Below are positions 38,563 through 51,784 of a stretch of 64,000 bases of DNA, piece after piece. Below the pieces are notes generated by a model. That model was not told the DNA's origin and did not search any database. It worked only from the letters and a program-made list of their open reading frames with translations. The DNA is from Octopus sinensis. Taxonomy: Eukaryota. A program made the position numbers and the translations under genes. Position 1 is the first letter of the stretch; each line of letters opens with the position of its first letter. The DNA lies in assembly GCF_006345805.1 (NCBI RefSeq), contig NC_043006.1, forward strand, positions 20,150,001 to 20,214,000. The letters are read 5' to 3'.

Positions 38563-39124
38563 GTATCAGGAGTAAAACATGCACTGGTATAGAATGGGTA
38601 GAGTTCTGATCAATTAGCAGATTTAAAAGCACATTGAGGTTATATACTGTGTGGGTGTATGGTGGTTGGGAACAAGTCAGTGTGAGAGATAGAGGTTAAG
38701 TTTGGAGGTAAGAGATGAATGGTTTTAGGGGTGTCATTGTTAGTTGGGGTGAAACTAACAGTTGTAGGGAATGAAGGATTGTGGAATAATTGATTTCTTT
38801 ACCAGCAGTTTCAGTGTGGAAAGCGTGTGATACCGAAGAGTTGTTAACATTGAAGTCACTACGGATGGTTTCTTCAGAGATAGTGAAAAATCACATATAT
38901 AAATATTTTACTATTCAATTAAGGACCGTTCAGTTTCTAGAAGTATCTCATTTGCTTCCCATATAATTCGTTAGGCACTTAGTGACAGTAAGATCAAACA
39001 TTTTATTAGTGTTTCAGATAGGCATCTGTTTTATATTTGTGACAAGAAATAACTCCATAAATATATTTAGTCTAACAATGATAAATCTCAGAGCAAGTTA
39101 TAAACAGTAGCAGCAACACATCGT

Positions 39125-39456
39125 GACGTATATTTGCCATTTGAATATGGCTAACCCCTAAGGGTGGATGCTACTGTAGTTTGTAGCCCCATGAGGACAC
39201 CTCCTCCAGCTGGCTATAGACACACTTTCTGTGCCCTATCAGTATTTGCAAATACTGATAGGGCACAGAAAGTGTGTCTATAGCCAGCTGGAGGAGGTGT
39301 CCTCCTGGGGCTACAAACTACAGTAGTATTTGCAAATACTGATAGGGCACAGAAAGTGTGTCTATAGCCAGCTGGAGGAGGTATCCTCCTGGGGCTACAA
39401 ACTACAGTAGCATCCACCCTTAGGGGTTAGCCATATTCAAATGGCAAATATACGTC
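39125..39456. repeat. Near-perfect spacerless palindrome with an 84-bp tandem duplication in the right arm
   Basis: 124-bp arms centred at 39248/39249 (AGTATTTG|CAAATACT); 39249-39332 is repeated; 124+84+124=332 bp. Confidence 0.92.
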
Positions 39457-40671
39457 GCTATATTTAGTCTTTTATTTATTTTTTATGGAAAGGCACAGAT
39501 ATAGCTGTTGTTAAGAAGTTTGCTTCACAATTACATAGTTTCAGGTTCAGTCCTGTTGTGTGGCACCTTAAGTTTCTTCTGTTATAGCCCTGGGCCAACA
39601 AAAGTTTTGTGATTGAATTTAGTTGGCGGAACCTTCTGGGAGTCCTTAATGTGTGCATGCATGTTTGAATGTTCATATTTTGCTTGTCACCATTTGAGTG
39701 GTGACGATGTCTACATTTCTTGTTGAGTGGTCACTGTGTATTTTTAAGACCTGTAGAATAAAAGAAATTGTTTATTTGCAAAACAGGTAAGGGTTGGTGA
39801 GAGTAAGAGCATCTCACCTCAGTTCTCATCCAAACCTTTGCTGGAATGGACAAATGGATGTTAAATGGAATTGTGTGTGTATAATTATTGTGGTATGTAA
39901 TTATCACCTGGTCTGTCATTGGGTTTCATATTTGCTGTTACAAAACTGTTTCTCTTTTCATTTCCCTTGGATAATTACTTTGTTTTTAATGCTACATAGA
40001 TGTTTTATGTATTATTTTCATTCATCTATTATTTCCTATTAGGATAAAAGAGACAATATTTGTGATGTTTGTATATGGATCATTGTAGCAGATGTTTTCA
40101 CTGATAGATGCTCTTCCAACTGCTGCCTAACTACACATCTTTTGAAGTCATTGTATCTCTTCTCTGTTGCTTATGACTAATTCTCTGATTAACAAAAAGC
40201 AATACTATGACAACGTTATGAAGTTTTTGATGTTATTTCCCAAGCCAATTTCCTCATTGAATTTTATGGTTTTGCCAAAGTTTCAGTTTTATAAAGCTTG
40301 GCAGCCAAAACTAAGTGCTAATATCTGATAATTACATCACCGAGAACTTTGTTAGTCTACGGTTTCACTGAGATTATTCTATATTCTCAGAACAATCTTA
40401 TTGCAGTAAAAGTTACACATTGTGAGCCAAGCATTGTTTAAATGTAAACAACAGATCATCATAATCATTGTTTTAACATCTATTTTGGCATGCTTTCAAG
40501 AGTTAGATGAAACTTGAGGCAGATTTTCTATGACCAGCCCTTGCTGTCACTAGTCCTGACGTGTTTTCGAGCAAGGTAATATTTCACCATGGCCAGGCAT
40601 GTTCTGATAGAATATTGGAAACGAATGACAGTGTCAATCATTTACAACTGTTACATGATTTCAAGATAAGA

Positions 40672-41426
40672 TGTGTCGGTGGCACATAAAAAAAACACCA
40701 TCCGAGCGTGGCCGTTCGCCAGCCTCGTCTGGCACCTGTGTCGGTGGCACATAAAAAACACCATCCGAGCGTGGCCGTTCGCCAGCCTCGTCTGGCACCT
40801 GTGTCGGTGGCACATAAAAAACACCATCCGAGCGTGGCCGTTCGCCAGCCTCGTCTGGCACCTGTGTCGGTGGCACATAAAAAACACCATCCGAGCGTGG
40901 CCGTTCGCCAGCCTCGTCTGGCACCTGTGTCGGTGGCACATAAAAAACACCATCCGAGCGTGGCCGTTCGCCAGCCTCGTCTGGCACCTGTGTCGGTGGC
41001 ACATAAAAAACACCATCCGAGCGTGGCCGTTCGCCAGCCTCGTCTGGCACCTGTGTCGGTGGCACATAAAAAACACCATCCGAGCGTGGCCGTTCGCCAG
41101 CCTCGTCTGGCACCTGTGTCGGTGGCACATAAAAAACACCATCCGAGCGTGGCCATTCGCCAGCCTCGTCTGGCACCTGTGTCAGTGGCACATAAAAAAC
41201 ACCATCCGAGCGTGGCCGTTCGCCAGCCTCGTCTGGCACCTGTGTCGGTGGCACATAAAAAGCACCCACTACACTCACGGAGTGGTTGGCGTTAGGAAGG
41301 GCATCCAGCTGTAGAAACACTGCCAGATCTGACTGGCCTGGTGCAGCCTTCGGGCTTCCCAGACCCCAGTTGAACCGTCCAACCCATGCTAGCATGGAAA
41401 GAGGACGTTAAACGATGATGATGATG
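40672..41426 (+). mobile_element. Family C retroposon with nine near-identical 63-bp tandem units
   Basis: GGCACATAAAA at 40681, 40746, 40809, 40872, 40935, 40998, 41061, 41124, 41187 and 41250, followed by the core and (GAT)n. Confidence 0.95.
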
Positions 41427-41861
41427 AAGACACACACACATACATGTGTTTCTTTCAGTTTCTGTCCACCGAATCCCCTCACAAGGCTTCGGTTGGCCAG
41501 TGTCTTTAGTAGAAGACTCCTGTCCAAAATGCCATATGGTTGGGAAGTAAATTTAACCACAAAGCGAAAACCTACGCCTAAAGTGAATATGATAAATAGT
41601 AAATAAAATTTTGATAAACCAGATATTTTTATAGATTTGCTACTTGGAGTAATGTTTCTGGATTACTTAGTGGATAAATGACAAATTTTTGATGGACAAG
41701 GCATTTGGGTAAGTTGGTATGCCATTGAAAGAGAAATAGTTTGTTTCAGGAACTGACCTTTTGCATGAGAAAAATTTTCTCAAGGACAGTCATATTCCAC
41801 TTATATTCAAGACATGTGACATTATCCAAACTCATGACCTCCAATGTGTAACTTTTACTAT

Positions 41862-42270
41862 ACTCTTACTCTTTTACTTGTTTCAGTCATTTGACTGCGG
41901 CCATGCTGGAGCACCGCCTTTAGTTGAGCAAATCGACCCCGGGACTTATTCTTTGTAAGCCTAGTACTTATTCTATCGGTCTCTTTTTGCCGAACCTCTA
42001 ACTGACTGGGAGGTAAACACCAGCATCGGTTGTCAAGCAATGCTAGGGGGACAAACACAGACACACAAACACATACACACAAACACATACACACATACAT
42101 ATATACGACGGACTTCTTTCAGTTTCCGTCCACCAAATCCACTCACAAGGCATTGGTCGGCCTGGGGCTATAGCAGAAGACACTTGCCCAAGATGCCACG
42201 CAGTGGGACTGAACCCGGAACAATGTGGTTGGTTAGCAAGCTACTTACCACACAGCCACTCCTGCGCCTA
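41862..42270 (-). mobile_element. SINE family A
   Basis: Full-length copy. Confidence 0.9.
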
Positions 42271-42917
42271 TGTACATTGTCAAGTTTCCTTTAGCTCCTC
42301 TTCTTTTTTTTTCTTAATCTGAGTGAATAGGACACTATTTGAAGTAACTGGCCTCAAAACCTGGTGCCTGTTCTTTAGTTAGATTAGGCACTGGCATGTC
42401 TGTCTTGTGAAGAAGTTTGCTCTGTAGTCAAGGGGTTTCTCATTCAGTTCCCTCTTTGGTACCATGGCCAAATGTTTCCTATTATAGCCAACCAATGCCA
42501 TATGAGTGCATTTAGTTGACAAATTGCAAGGAAGCCTTTCATATTGCACATGTGTGCGTGCATGCCTACGTAAATGTTACTTCAGCATTTCATCATTTAG
42601 GACCATCTGAGCAACAAAATAGTGACATTATTTATTTTCTTCAGTGAACCAGAGCTATGTAGTTTAGTAGACTGGTGGAATGGAAAAATAAACTAACTTG
42701 AAAGACAATTATGGTTTCATTTAGAAAATCCATTACAATAAAGTCTTGTCTAACTCATTGTAGTGAAAAAAAAGAAAATGGATGTGAAAATAATTAAATA
42801 TTTAACTTCAGAAATGATTCCTAATATGCTTTTGAACTAGAACTTCGATTTGGGGGTTTATTCAATTGTAATTCTGAATTAAAGTGAATTACTATTAGAA
42901 AACTGAGAAAAATTACC

Positions 42918-43250
42918 TGCGCCTCGACTGGCTTCTGTGCCAGTAGCACATAAAAAGCACCATCCGAATGTGGCCGTTGCCAGCGCCGCCTTGGCTGGCT
43001 TCCGTGCTGGTGGCACGTTAAAAGCTCCAACCAATCGTGGCCGATGCCGGACACCCCTGGCACCTGTGCAGGTGGCACGTAAAAGGCACCCATTACAATC
43101 GCGGAGTGGTTGGCGTTAGGAAGGGCATCCAGCTGTAGAAACTCTGCCAGATCAGACTGGAGCCTGGTGCAGCCCCTGGCTTCCCAGACCCCAGTCGAAC
43201 CGTCCAACCCGTGCTAGCGCGGAAAACGGACGTTAATCGATGATGATGAT
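42918..43250 (+). mobile_element. Family C retroposon
   Basis: Units, core and (GAT)n tail. Confidence 0.9.
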
Positions 43251-44192
43251 TTGTTAATTTTAATTTTTAAAGTAATACAATGATTTTGGAGAGAGAACTG
43301 ACTGGGGGCAGTTATTTTGTATCTCACTGTTGTTAAATTTGTGTTGTTGCCAATCTGTTACCATGGTCTGTTCATGAATCTTATTAACAACCTGCACCTC
43401 ACTTGTCCTGATTTACAAATAATTGTCTATTGCTAGATAGGTTGATGGTGGGAGCACTACTGGGCTAATCAATTTTGAGTTTATCTGATAGAACAGGAAT
43501 TACAATGTCCTGTCAGCTGGAGGGTTGTGAGGACATCCTGGACCAGACACTGAAATCCTATCCGCAGATTTGGTCAGGGTACTTAATAGCTTCCTGATAG
43601 ACACAGCTGGTTAACTGATGAGTTATAGCTGTGTACTTTAAAGTAGTGACCCTTACGAAACTTAAACTTACGGAATATTTTTTAGACATGGTGTTGTATG
43701 CTTGGGCAAGCAAAGCTACATTTGCTATATTTCTGTTTGGCACCCATTATCATATACTGAAGTGACTGAGATAAATATAAAAATACAGACATTCCTTCTC
43801 ATGTCTTGTTCTATTCAGGAAGTAAAAAAAAGATAAGTTTATATCTTATCAGTTTTTGTACCCACACCCTAGTTATATTTAATCATGATTTGCCCTTATT
43901 CACTTCATTCTGTTTGTCTCTGTCTTCCGGGACCCTATTGACTCAACTGTCCAATATTTTGCTGAGATCTTTTGAAATAAATGCAATGACAAGGCATTTT
44001 CTCTTTTTCTTTCTCATTTTAGAATTACCAGAAAGGAAAGATCACATTTTTAACTAAACTCTTTTTTAACTTGTCTGTCTTCTCTCTCTATGATGTTCTA
44101 GTTTATTCTTCAGATCTTTATTTGGTATCCATTTATTAAACTGATTTAGCTACAAATGTAAACCATCATCTATCAAATGGGGTTTGATATAT

Positions 44193-44488
44193 ATCATCAT
44201 CATCATCATCATTTAGCGTCCGCTTTCCATGCTAGCATGGTTGGACGGGTCAACTGGGGTCTGTGAAGCTGGAAGTCTTCGTCAGGCCCAGTCAGATCTG
44301 GCAGTGTTTCTACGGCTGGATGCCCTTCCTAACGCCAACCACTCCACGAGTGTAGTGGGTGTTTTTTACGTGCCACCTGCACAGGTGCCAGACAGAGCTG
44401 GCAAACGGCCACGAACGGATGGTGCTTTTACGTGTCACCAGCACGGGGCCAGGCGATGCTGGCAACGGACACGAACGGCATCGCCGTT
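44193..44488 (-). mobile_element. Family C retroposon
   Basis: (CAT)n tail, core and units. Confidence 0.88.
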
Positions 44489-44491
44489 CTG

Positions 44492-44537
<46 letters not shown>

Positions 44538-44793
44538 TTTTATTTCTATTGGTTATTACATGTTTTTCTATGCTAACATGGGGCTACATGAATATATTGA
44601 GGACATTTTTTAAAGCTAGATGCTTTAATCCTTGATGATCCTTGTTTTTCAAGTGAAAGATTTATTTTACATGTCTTCAAAGGTGCCAAGCAAGCAAACA
44701 ATTTATTGACGGGATGAGCGACTACTTTACCACTTGTAATCCACTGCTGTCATTTAGCATAGTTGTAAACAAACACACAGACCTGCGTATATA

Positions 44794-45179
44794 CTCTTTA
44801 CTCTCTTTTACTTGTTTCAGTCATTTGACTGCGGCCATGCTGGAGCACCGCCTTTAGTCGACCAAATCGACCCCGGGTCTTATTCTTTGTAAGCCCAGTA
44901 CTTATTCTATCGGTCTCTTTTGCCGAACCGCTAAGTGACGGGAACGTAAACACACCAGCATCGGTTGTCAAGCAATGCTAGGGGGACAAACACAGACACA
45001 CAAACACACACATACATATATACGACAGGCTTCTTTCAGTTTCCGTCTACCAAACCCACTCACAAGGCATTGGTCGGCCCGGGGCTATAGCAGAAGACAC
45101 TTGCCCAAGATGCCACGCAGTGGGACTGAACCCGGAACCATGTGGTTGGTTAGCAAACTACTTACCACACAGCCACTCA
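44794..45179 (-). mobile_element. SINE family A
   Basis: Full-length copy. Confidence 0.9.
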
Positions 45180-46095
45180 TGCACATACAATGAGTTTCTT
45201 TGTTTCTATCTACCAAATTTACTTACGAGGCTTTTGATCAAGCCATGGCTCTAGAAGAAACACGTGCAGTGGAACTGAATCCACAAATTTCTGGTTGGGA
45301 AGCAAAGTTTTTAACCATGCAGCTATAAGGCTTTCCTTTTGTTTTGCAGACTTTTTTTTTATGTTGATATTCGATTCTTATATTGTAAAACTTATGAATA
45401 ATGGATGTTTTGTGTCTCCCTCTGTTCTATTTTCACCAAACAACTCTCTTCATTGTTTTCATTCTTCACTGTTCTCATTCTAATCTGTCTTTTTTTGTTG
45501 GACTCCACCATTTTTTGTTCTCAGATCTTAATAAATAACTAATCTATTTGGTTAATTCATAAGTGATAATGTGTTTGTTGTTGGCTTTTTTTTTTCCGCT
45601 TACGGAAAGAAAAAAAAAAAGGAAAATAAAAATCAAAAACCAGCACTTTAATAGTAGTAGCTATAGGAATAGTAACGGCGTTGATAAGAAAATGCTTGAG
45701 TATTCTTGAATCTAGTGAAAATGATCATATGTTGTTGTTAGACAGGTGCTGATGAGCTATGAATCTAGCAGGTAGCCTTTGTTTTTAGTAAATTCTGTCG
45801 TCGTCTTTTTAGTTATTAATAAGTAATATCAGTATTTCAGGTCATTTTCCTTTATTATAAGCATTCTTTTTAGCTATGAGTCATCACCAACCCACTAAAA
45901 CCGACATTCTAAATACTGTCAATAACATTTTTATATTTTCATATTCATTTTCTGTTCTATATTGGTAGCTAGTTGACACTATTGGGTACTATCAGGTTAT
46001 CTTCTAGTCAATCTATGGTAGCTGAAGCTTGTGTGTATATATACATATACATTAAGATAGCCATCTATGTACCATGCTTAACATACATACACCAT

Positions 46096-46468
46096 TAGGA
46101 GTGGCTGTGTGGTAAGTAGCTTGCTAACCAACCACATGGTACCTTGGGCAAGTGTCTTCTGCTATAGCCCTGGGCCGACCAATGCCTTGTGAGTGGATTT
46201 GGTAGACGGAAACTGAAAGAAGCCTGTCGTATATATGTATATATATATATATGTGTGTGTGTTTGTATGTCTGTGTTTGTTCCCCTAGCATTGCTTGACA
46301 ACCGATCCTGGTGTGTTTACGTCCCCATCACTTAGCGGTTCGGCAAAAGAGACCGATAGAATAAGTACTGGGCTTACAAAGAATAAGTTCCGGGGTCGAT
46401 TTGCTCGACTAAAGGCGGTGCTCCAGCATGGCCGCAGTCAAATGACTGAAACGAGTAAAAGAGAGTAA
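46096..46468 (+). mobile_element. SINE family A with a deletion in the B-box region
   Basis: CCACATGGT joins directly to ACCTTGGGCAAG. Confidence 0.88.
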
Positions 46469-47093
46469 AGAAAGAGAGAGATTAAGCGGCAAGATACTGT
46501 GGGTTTTCATCCAATAAAATCTCTTGTAGATGTATTGTTTTAAATATAAACCATATGTATTGTAGGAAGATGAAATTTTGTACGAGCAGCAGCTTGTGAG
46601 AATACCAGATGCATTTTGGCCTTCTTGGACCTTGTCAATGTGTAACTCACAGCCAACCCCATGCTTAGATGAAATTTGTTTTCTCTGATGTATGAAACAG
46701 TGAATAAATACATGCATTGATGTTGCAAGTAGCCACTAGGCTGAATGAATAATGCAGTGTATGCAATAGGAGCAGTATTAAATTGATATAGCCACCCAGG
46801 TATCATACCTAATGTATACACACTATTTACAAACAAGATATTGCAGTTTTTGTCTTGATAAAGTCTCTTTATAGGATGTACTGTGCTATTGATTTTCGAG
46901 CACTATTAATGAATGAAATAATGCTTAGTTTGTTAAAGATTGAAAGAAATATGACAGGAACAAAAGATATAAAACCATTTACCAAATTGCTTTGTAAATT
47001 CTTAATCATGAAATCTTCAATTTTGCCTTAAGAACTTCTATTCTTGTTTACAAGATTTTTGATATTGTCCTTTAGAAATCAGCACAAGTAATA

Positions 47094-47296
47094 TTAACCC
47101 ATTAATGCATAGCGTCCAGAAAAATGGACGCAGAAAAAATTACTCTTGTTTGTTAAGTAAACTACCTAATGAGCTTATTTTTGGTATAGTCCGTCTCCAA
47201 ACTGTTGCTCTACGAGTGAGCAGGTGCTGTGTGCAAACAAACCAACTACACACACAAGTTGCCTCCATATCTGGACACTGTACATTAATGGGTTAA
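47094..47296. mobile_element. piggyBac-type MITE (third family)
   Basis: TTAA-CCCATTAATGCATAGCGTCCAGA...TCTGGACACTGTACATTAATGGG-TTAA. Confidence 0.82.
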
Positions 47297-48802
47297 ACTG
47301 GCCACAAAACAATGACCTCTTTATCAGATATCTAGGTTTCCTCTTTGATTTTTATTTACTGTTGTTACAATAGCTGGTCTCACCAGAAACTACTTGTTAT
47401 CAACTAGTAACTTGGAATAGGGGACTCTAGGAATTCAAGCAGTAGCATTCTGTTGACATTGTTTCTTGTTCCCAACTTCTGTTTTGTGTCTGCCTTAACT
47501 CTTTTAATGCTAACCCACTTGTGATCACTGATGGTTCTATGATATAAGCTTCTTGTGTTAAAATTATCTAAATTAAAACCTATCAAATTTCTTGTTAATT
47601 TACGTTCAGCTTAATAATGAATTACCTTACCAAATTTCAAAATTAATTGAAACAAAAGCTGTGTATTTCAACAGAAGTAATTAACATAAGGGTTAATAGA
47701 TCTTGTACCTTTCATGCTTTTAGGATACCATTATGGACCATCCAATTGTGAAAACCTTGAATGTAGGATTTAAGTCTAAGAATGTAAACCATATTATAAT
47801 ACAATATCAAAGTGATGAATTATATTTCTTGATTTTGCTTTAAATTATCAGCATATTCATTGATGTTAATCAACCACTTTAATGTCCAAAGCAATTAGGA
47901 TGAATTTACTTGCCATGTTTTTTTCTCCCCTATGTAATTAAAACTAAAAGTAATATATGGATTTCCTTTTGTTTTTAAAGGAAGCATGCCTGATGAAGAC
48001 TTGAGATACATGGCATTTGAGTCGCACATAGCTCTCGTATGTATCATTGGCAATGTGGTAGAGGATTCACATGTGGCTCTCAAAATAGTAATGGGGTTAG
48101 AAAAATTGAGTTTGGGTAGAGGTATTGAGAGTCAGTGGAATTGAACAGGTGCATAATTGTTTTGGTAGGAACGCTTTACTGTAAGAGAGCAAAATTATGA
48201 TCTATAGTAGATTTTTAATTGAATATGAACTTTCCATATTCCATCTCCTTGGCGTTTTTTAAAATTTTTTTTTATGTATCATGACCAGGGTATAGGATGA
48301 GGAGTATGGGAGGTTGGAGAGAAAGTGTGTTTTCCTCCCTTAACAATAATTTGTGCTTGTTTACTTCTTGGTTTTCTTCCAAAATACATTCCCATATTCA
48401 CCATAAAACTGTATTCAGCCTGCCAACTACTTTCGTGTTGGTGGCTTGCATTACTGCATGTAGTTTGTAAGATTTGCTGATTTCTGCCTCGATCTATTTT
48501 TATTGATCTGTATTGGTAAGAAGAACCTTCTGGGGCCAATGGCATGAAAGAATCCATAACTCTACAGAAATATCAGAACTTGATGTTGTGGTTGAAATCT
48601 GTGAGTACACAGTTGTTGTAAATTTAGTTATACCAGAGAGGGTTTTTTTGTTTAAGTCCCCCCACCTTTTTTTTTTAACTGATCTGTCTGAAACTGCCCC
48701 TGGTTCACTTCATACAAACTTCTTGTTTTTGTGGTGATAAAGAGGTGAGTTTTACATCAAGCATGATTGTTGCATTATTGGGTTTCTGGTTTTGTTAGAC
48801 AT

Positions 48803-49069
48803 ATCATCATCATCATTTAGCGTCCGCTTTCCATGCTAGCATGGGTTGGACGGTTCAACTGGGGTCTGTGAAGCCGGAAGGCCACATCAGGCCCAGTCTG
48901 ATCTGGCAGTGTTTCTATGGCTGGATGCCCTTCCTAACGCCAACCACTCCGTGAGTGTAGTGGGTGCTTTTTACGTGCCACCCGCACAGGTGCCAGACGA
49001 GAGTGGCAACGGACACGGACGGATGGTGCTTTTACGTGCCACCGGCACGGGGGCCAGGCGAGGCTGGCA
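48803..49069 (-). mobile_element. Family C retroposon
   Basis: (CAT)n tail, core and units. Confidence 0.88.
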
Positions 49070-50620
49070 GAGATAAGTGTGTAGGTCTTTATAAGGGACT
49101 ATAATGTAAAATGGAGGGAGGAAATTCAAACTTAGTGAAGTGTTGTTTAGCTCCCCAGTCAGCCCTAGCAAACAAATCTGTGATCAAAGGTATTCCAGCT
49201 ATGACAATCTCCCCTTTCTCTGGGTATGTTATCCAATGTGTCCTTTCCTTCTTTAGGATAGTACCAAGTCATTTGAAGGTGATTTGGCAGGTTGGATGAC
49301 CACACTGAAACCCCTTTGTTGGCTGGTTTAAAAAAAAGTGTTGTGTGTGTGTGCATGAAAAGTAAGGTGTGTGCTGTCATGAAGCAGTCTTTGCTAATGA
49401 AGATAGTACTTAAGCAAGTTCTGTACAAACTGAATTTGGGGAAATCTCTTTTTAACAAAAGAATAAATACTGGGGTTGATTGTGATTGACTTACGGAATT
49501 CAAGGCAGTGCCCTACTACAGCTGTAGTCTAGTAGCTGAAACCGGGAAAAGAGTGAGTTAGGAAAGTGAGTGCATATCAGAGCTGTTGGTTGATATGTAC
49601 AAAGTAGATGAGTGTAAGAGTGACTCTTGAGAGAAGGCAAGTGGTTAATGTATTTTGAATAATAATAATAATAATAAATAAAAATGTAGCATGTGTTGAT
49701 GGTAGAAAGTTGCAGGGACTTATGTTAGAGCCTAGAAGACACGAAACGAAAGTAGTGGATCAAATATGTGAATGGTATTCATGTGTTGTATGCAGACCCA
49801 TGTCAGCATAGAAAACAAAAATATTAGAGCAGAGATGTTGATTATTATGATGATTAATATTTGATTAGTATGGAAATTCGATGAGTGACTCTACATTCAA
49901 TCAATAACTTTATTGAAAAGAGTTCTATATAAGAAATAATTAGCTATATTTTATTACTTTCTCCCCCTTACTAAAAATGTTCTTTTCCTAAATAAAAAAA
50001 TAAAAAATACCATTGAGTATTGTTAAAAATAATACAGATTGTATTTGGTGTTATTACAGCTATAACAAGTGAAATATATTTTATACTAGTTTCATAAAGT
50101 TGCCTTTGGCCCACAAATATGCTATTTCTCTTCTTTGCTCTCTGCCTTTCCTATTGCTACTCTAACAACCACCGCTCCTCAGAGCAATCTGCCCTCCTTA
50201 GGCATCCTTGACCATTTCATTTCTCCTTCTCATTATCTTTGTGTCTCCTGCCACCAGGTTTTGCACTAATCATTTCTCCCAGATTTTCCTTTCCAGAATG
50301 TCAGTCCTCTGGAATTATCTCCTTGCTCTTGATTCCTGCTGCTGTTGTATTCCAATGGTTTTAAGAACAATATTAATGGTATCAAGCATGGCCTGTAAAA
50401 GCCATGGGCACTGCCCTTTCTGCCAGATCTAGCAAGTAAAAAGGATATAATTATTCAATTAATTCATCCAATTTTATATATAAAGATTAGTCATCTGTCA
50501 GAGACATGAAGCATGTCCTTCTTGTCTTTGTATTCAGGCATTAAACTCAGTAGCTTCAGATTATCACAGTAAGTGGTTGTAATGAAAAATACTAAAACTG
50601 TAATATTGGTTTTAATAAAT

Positions 50621-50995
50621 GGAGGCGCAATGGCCCAGTGGTTAGGGCAGCGGACTCACGGTTTCAATTCCCAGACCGGGCGTTGTGAGTGTTTATTGAG
50701 TGAAAACACCTAAAGCTCCATGAGGCTCCACAGGGGATGGTGGTGATCCCTACTGTACTCTTTCACCACAACTTTCTCTCACTCTTACTTCCTGTTTCTG
50801 TTGTACCTGTATTTCAAAGGGCCGGCCTTGTCACTCTCTGTGTCACACTGAATATCCCCGAGAACTACGTTAAGGGTACACGTGTCTGTGGAGTGCTCAG
50901 CCACTTACACGTTAATTTCACGAGCAGGCTGTTTCGTTGATTCAGACCAACCGGAATTCTCGTTGTCATAACCGACGAAGTGCTTCCATCCATCC
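50621..50995 (+). mobile_element. SINE family B
   Basis: TSD TTAATAAAT at 50612-50620 and 50997-51005. Confidence 0.9.
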
Positions 50996-51784
50996 GTTAA
51001 TAAATAAAGATAAATGGTGAATGATAGAGGCAGTGGAATATTTTATAGCGCTTTATAATCATCCCTTAGCATTCTCAGATCAAATCCCACTCTGATTAAT
51101 GATGCATTTCATTCTTCTGCAGTCAGAGTATTGGTTATATGCTGAATTTAATTCACTCTGTCATTATTTCTCTCCATAGAAATCAGTACTTTATTTAGTT
51201 ATTTGTGAAATTGTTTGCAGATATTATGAGTTTTATCTGACATTGGTGTACCTAGCTGTAGTCTTTGTGGTGATAGTAGGGGTGAAGGTCATTTATTTTG
51301 TATTGTGCATTTTCTTAACAATAGTGATTGTGTTAGTTGCCAAGGCTTGAATCATTCGTTTAATGCTGTTACCTTGATGAAAGTGACAAGGAAATGTCTA
51401 ACTCTGCCAAAACAAATACCTCAAGGTATTTTTGGTTGAGAGCATGTGGCTATCAGTTTTCTTGGTAGTGTTTAATTTTGTGTGAAAAATATACACATGC
51501 TGAGAGTAAATACTAAGGATAGGCAGTTGGCATTAGTAAAGTAGATTCTGAACGAACTGTGTAAAAAATATTTTGATATGAGTAAAACGTTTACTTACAA
51601 ATTGGTCTGTAGATGAATCAAAACAATGTAGGATTGAAAGGATTCTGTAGTCTTTTTGAAGACAGCCCACACCCCTCCTCGTGTCAGTGCCATGATGATG
51701 ATGATAATAATAATAATACACCCTGTACATATAAAGGCCATCCAACAGTGGAAACTGTGTCATGAACAGAATGTATGAGTGCAA

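Larger units (their letters stand above)
36310..38900 (-). mobile_element. Decayed CR1/L2/Jockey-group LINE reverse transcriptase, fragmented by later insertions
   Basis: Minus-strand translation gives FSLYINKM...IHSYVD (cf. LF.LYINDL...YADD) near 36400-36460, plus YSFHK/RSTGDL-like and ISK-like RT phrases near 37000-37150. Split by SINE A, family C and a hAT MITE. Extent right of about 37420 is less certain. Confidence 0.7.

Noticed and set aside
40672-41260. CRISPR-like array (constant GTGGCAC(A/G)TAAAA motif plus spacers), also at 7969-8300 and 13130-14335
   Set aside because: Spacers are identical or homologous to each other, the arrays sit inside a dispersed retroposon, there are no cas genes and the context is eukaryotic. 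It is a minisatellite.
40638-41395. Five long repeat ORFs (163-244 aa)
   Set aside because: They result from a stop-free 63-bp unit; no coding evidence.
45707-45768. CTGATGA-GCTA-loop-TAGC with an upstream GAAA (permuted hammerhead-like)
   Set aside because: No GAAA follows stem II and stems I and III cannot be formed convincingly.
46409-46836. Overlapping minus-strand ORFs with an IHCFIHQ motif resembling hAT transposase
   Set aside because: Flanking hAT motifs are absent and the frame is closed just upstream.
47981-48036. Exon-like segment with good splice sites encoding GSMPDEDLRYMAFESHIAL
   Set aside because: No similarity to RAD23, phase 1 is incompatible with the phase-0 exon 1 donor, and no homolog recognised. 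A nested gene cannot be excluded without RNA-seq.
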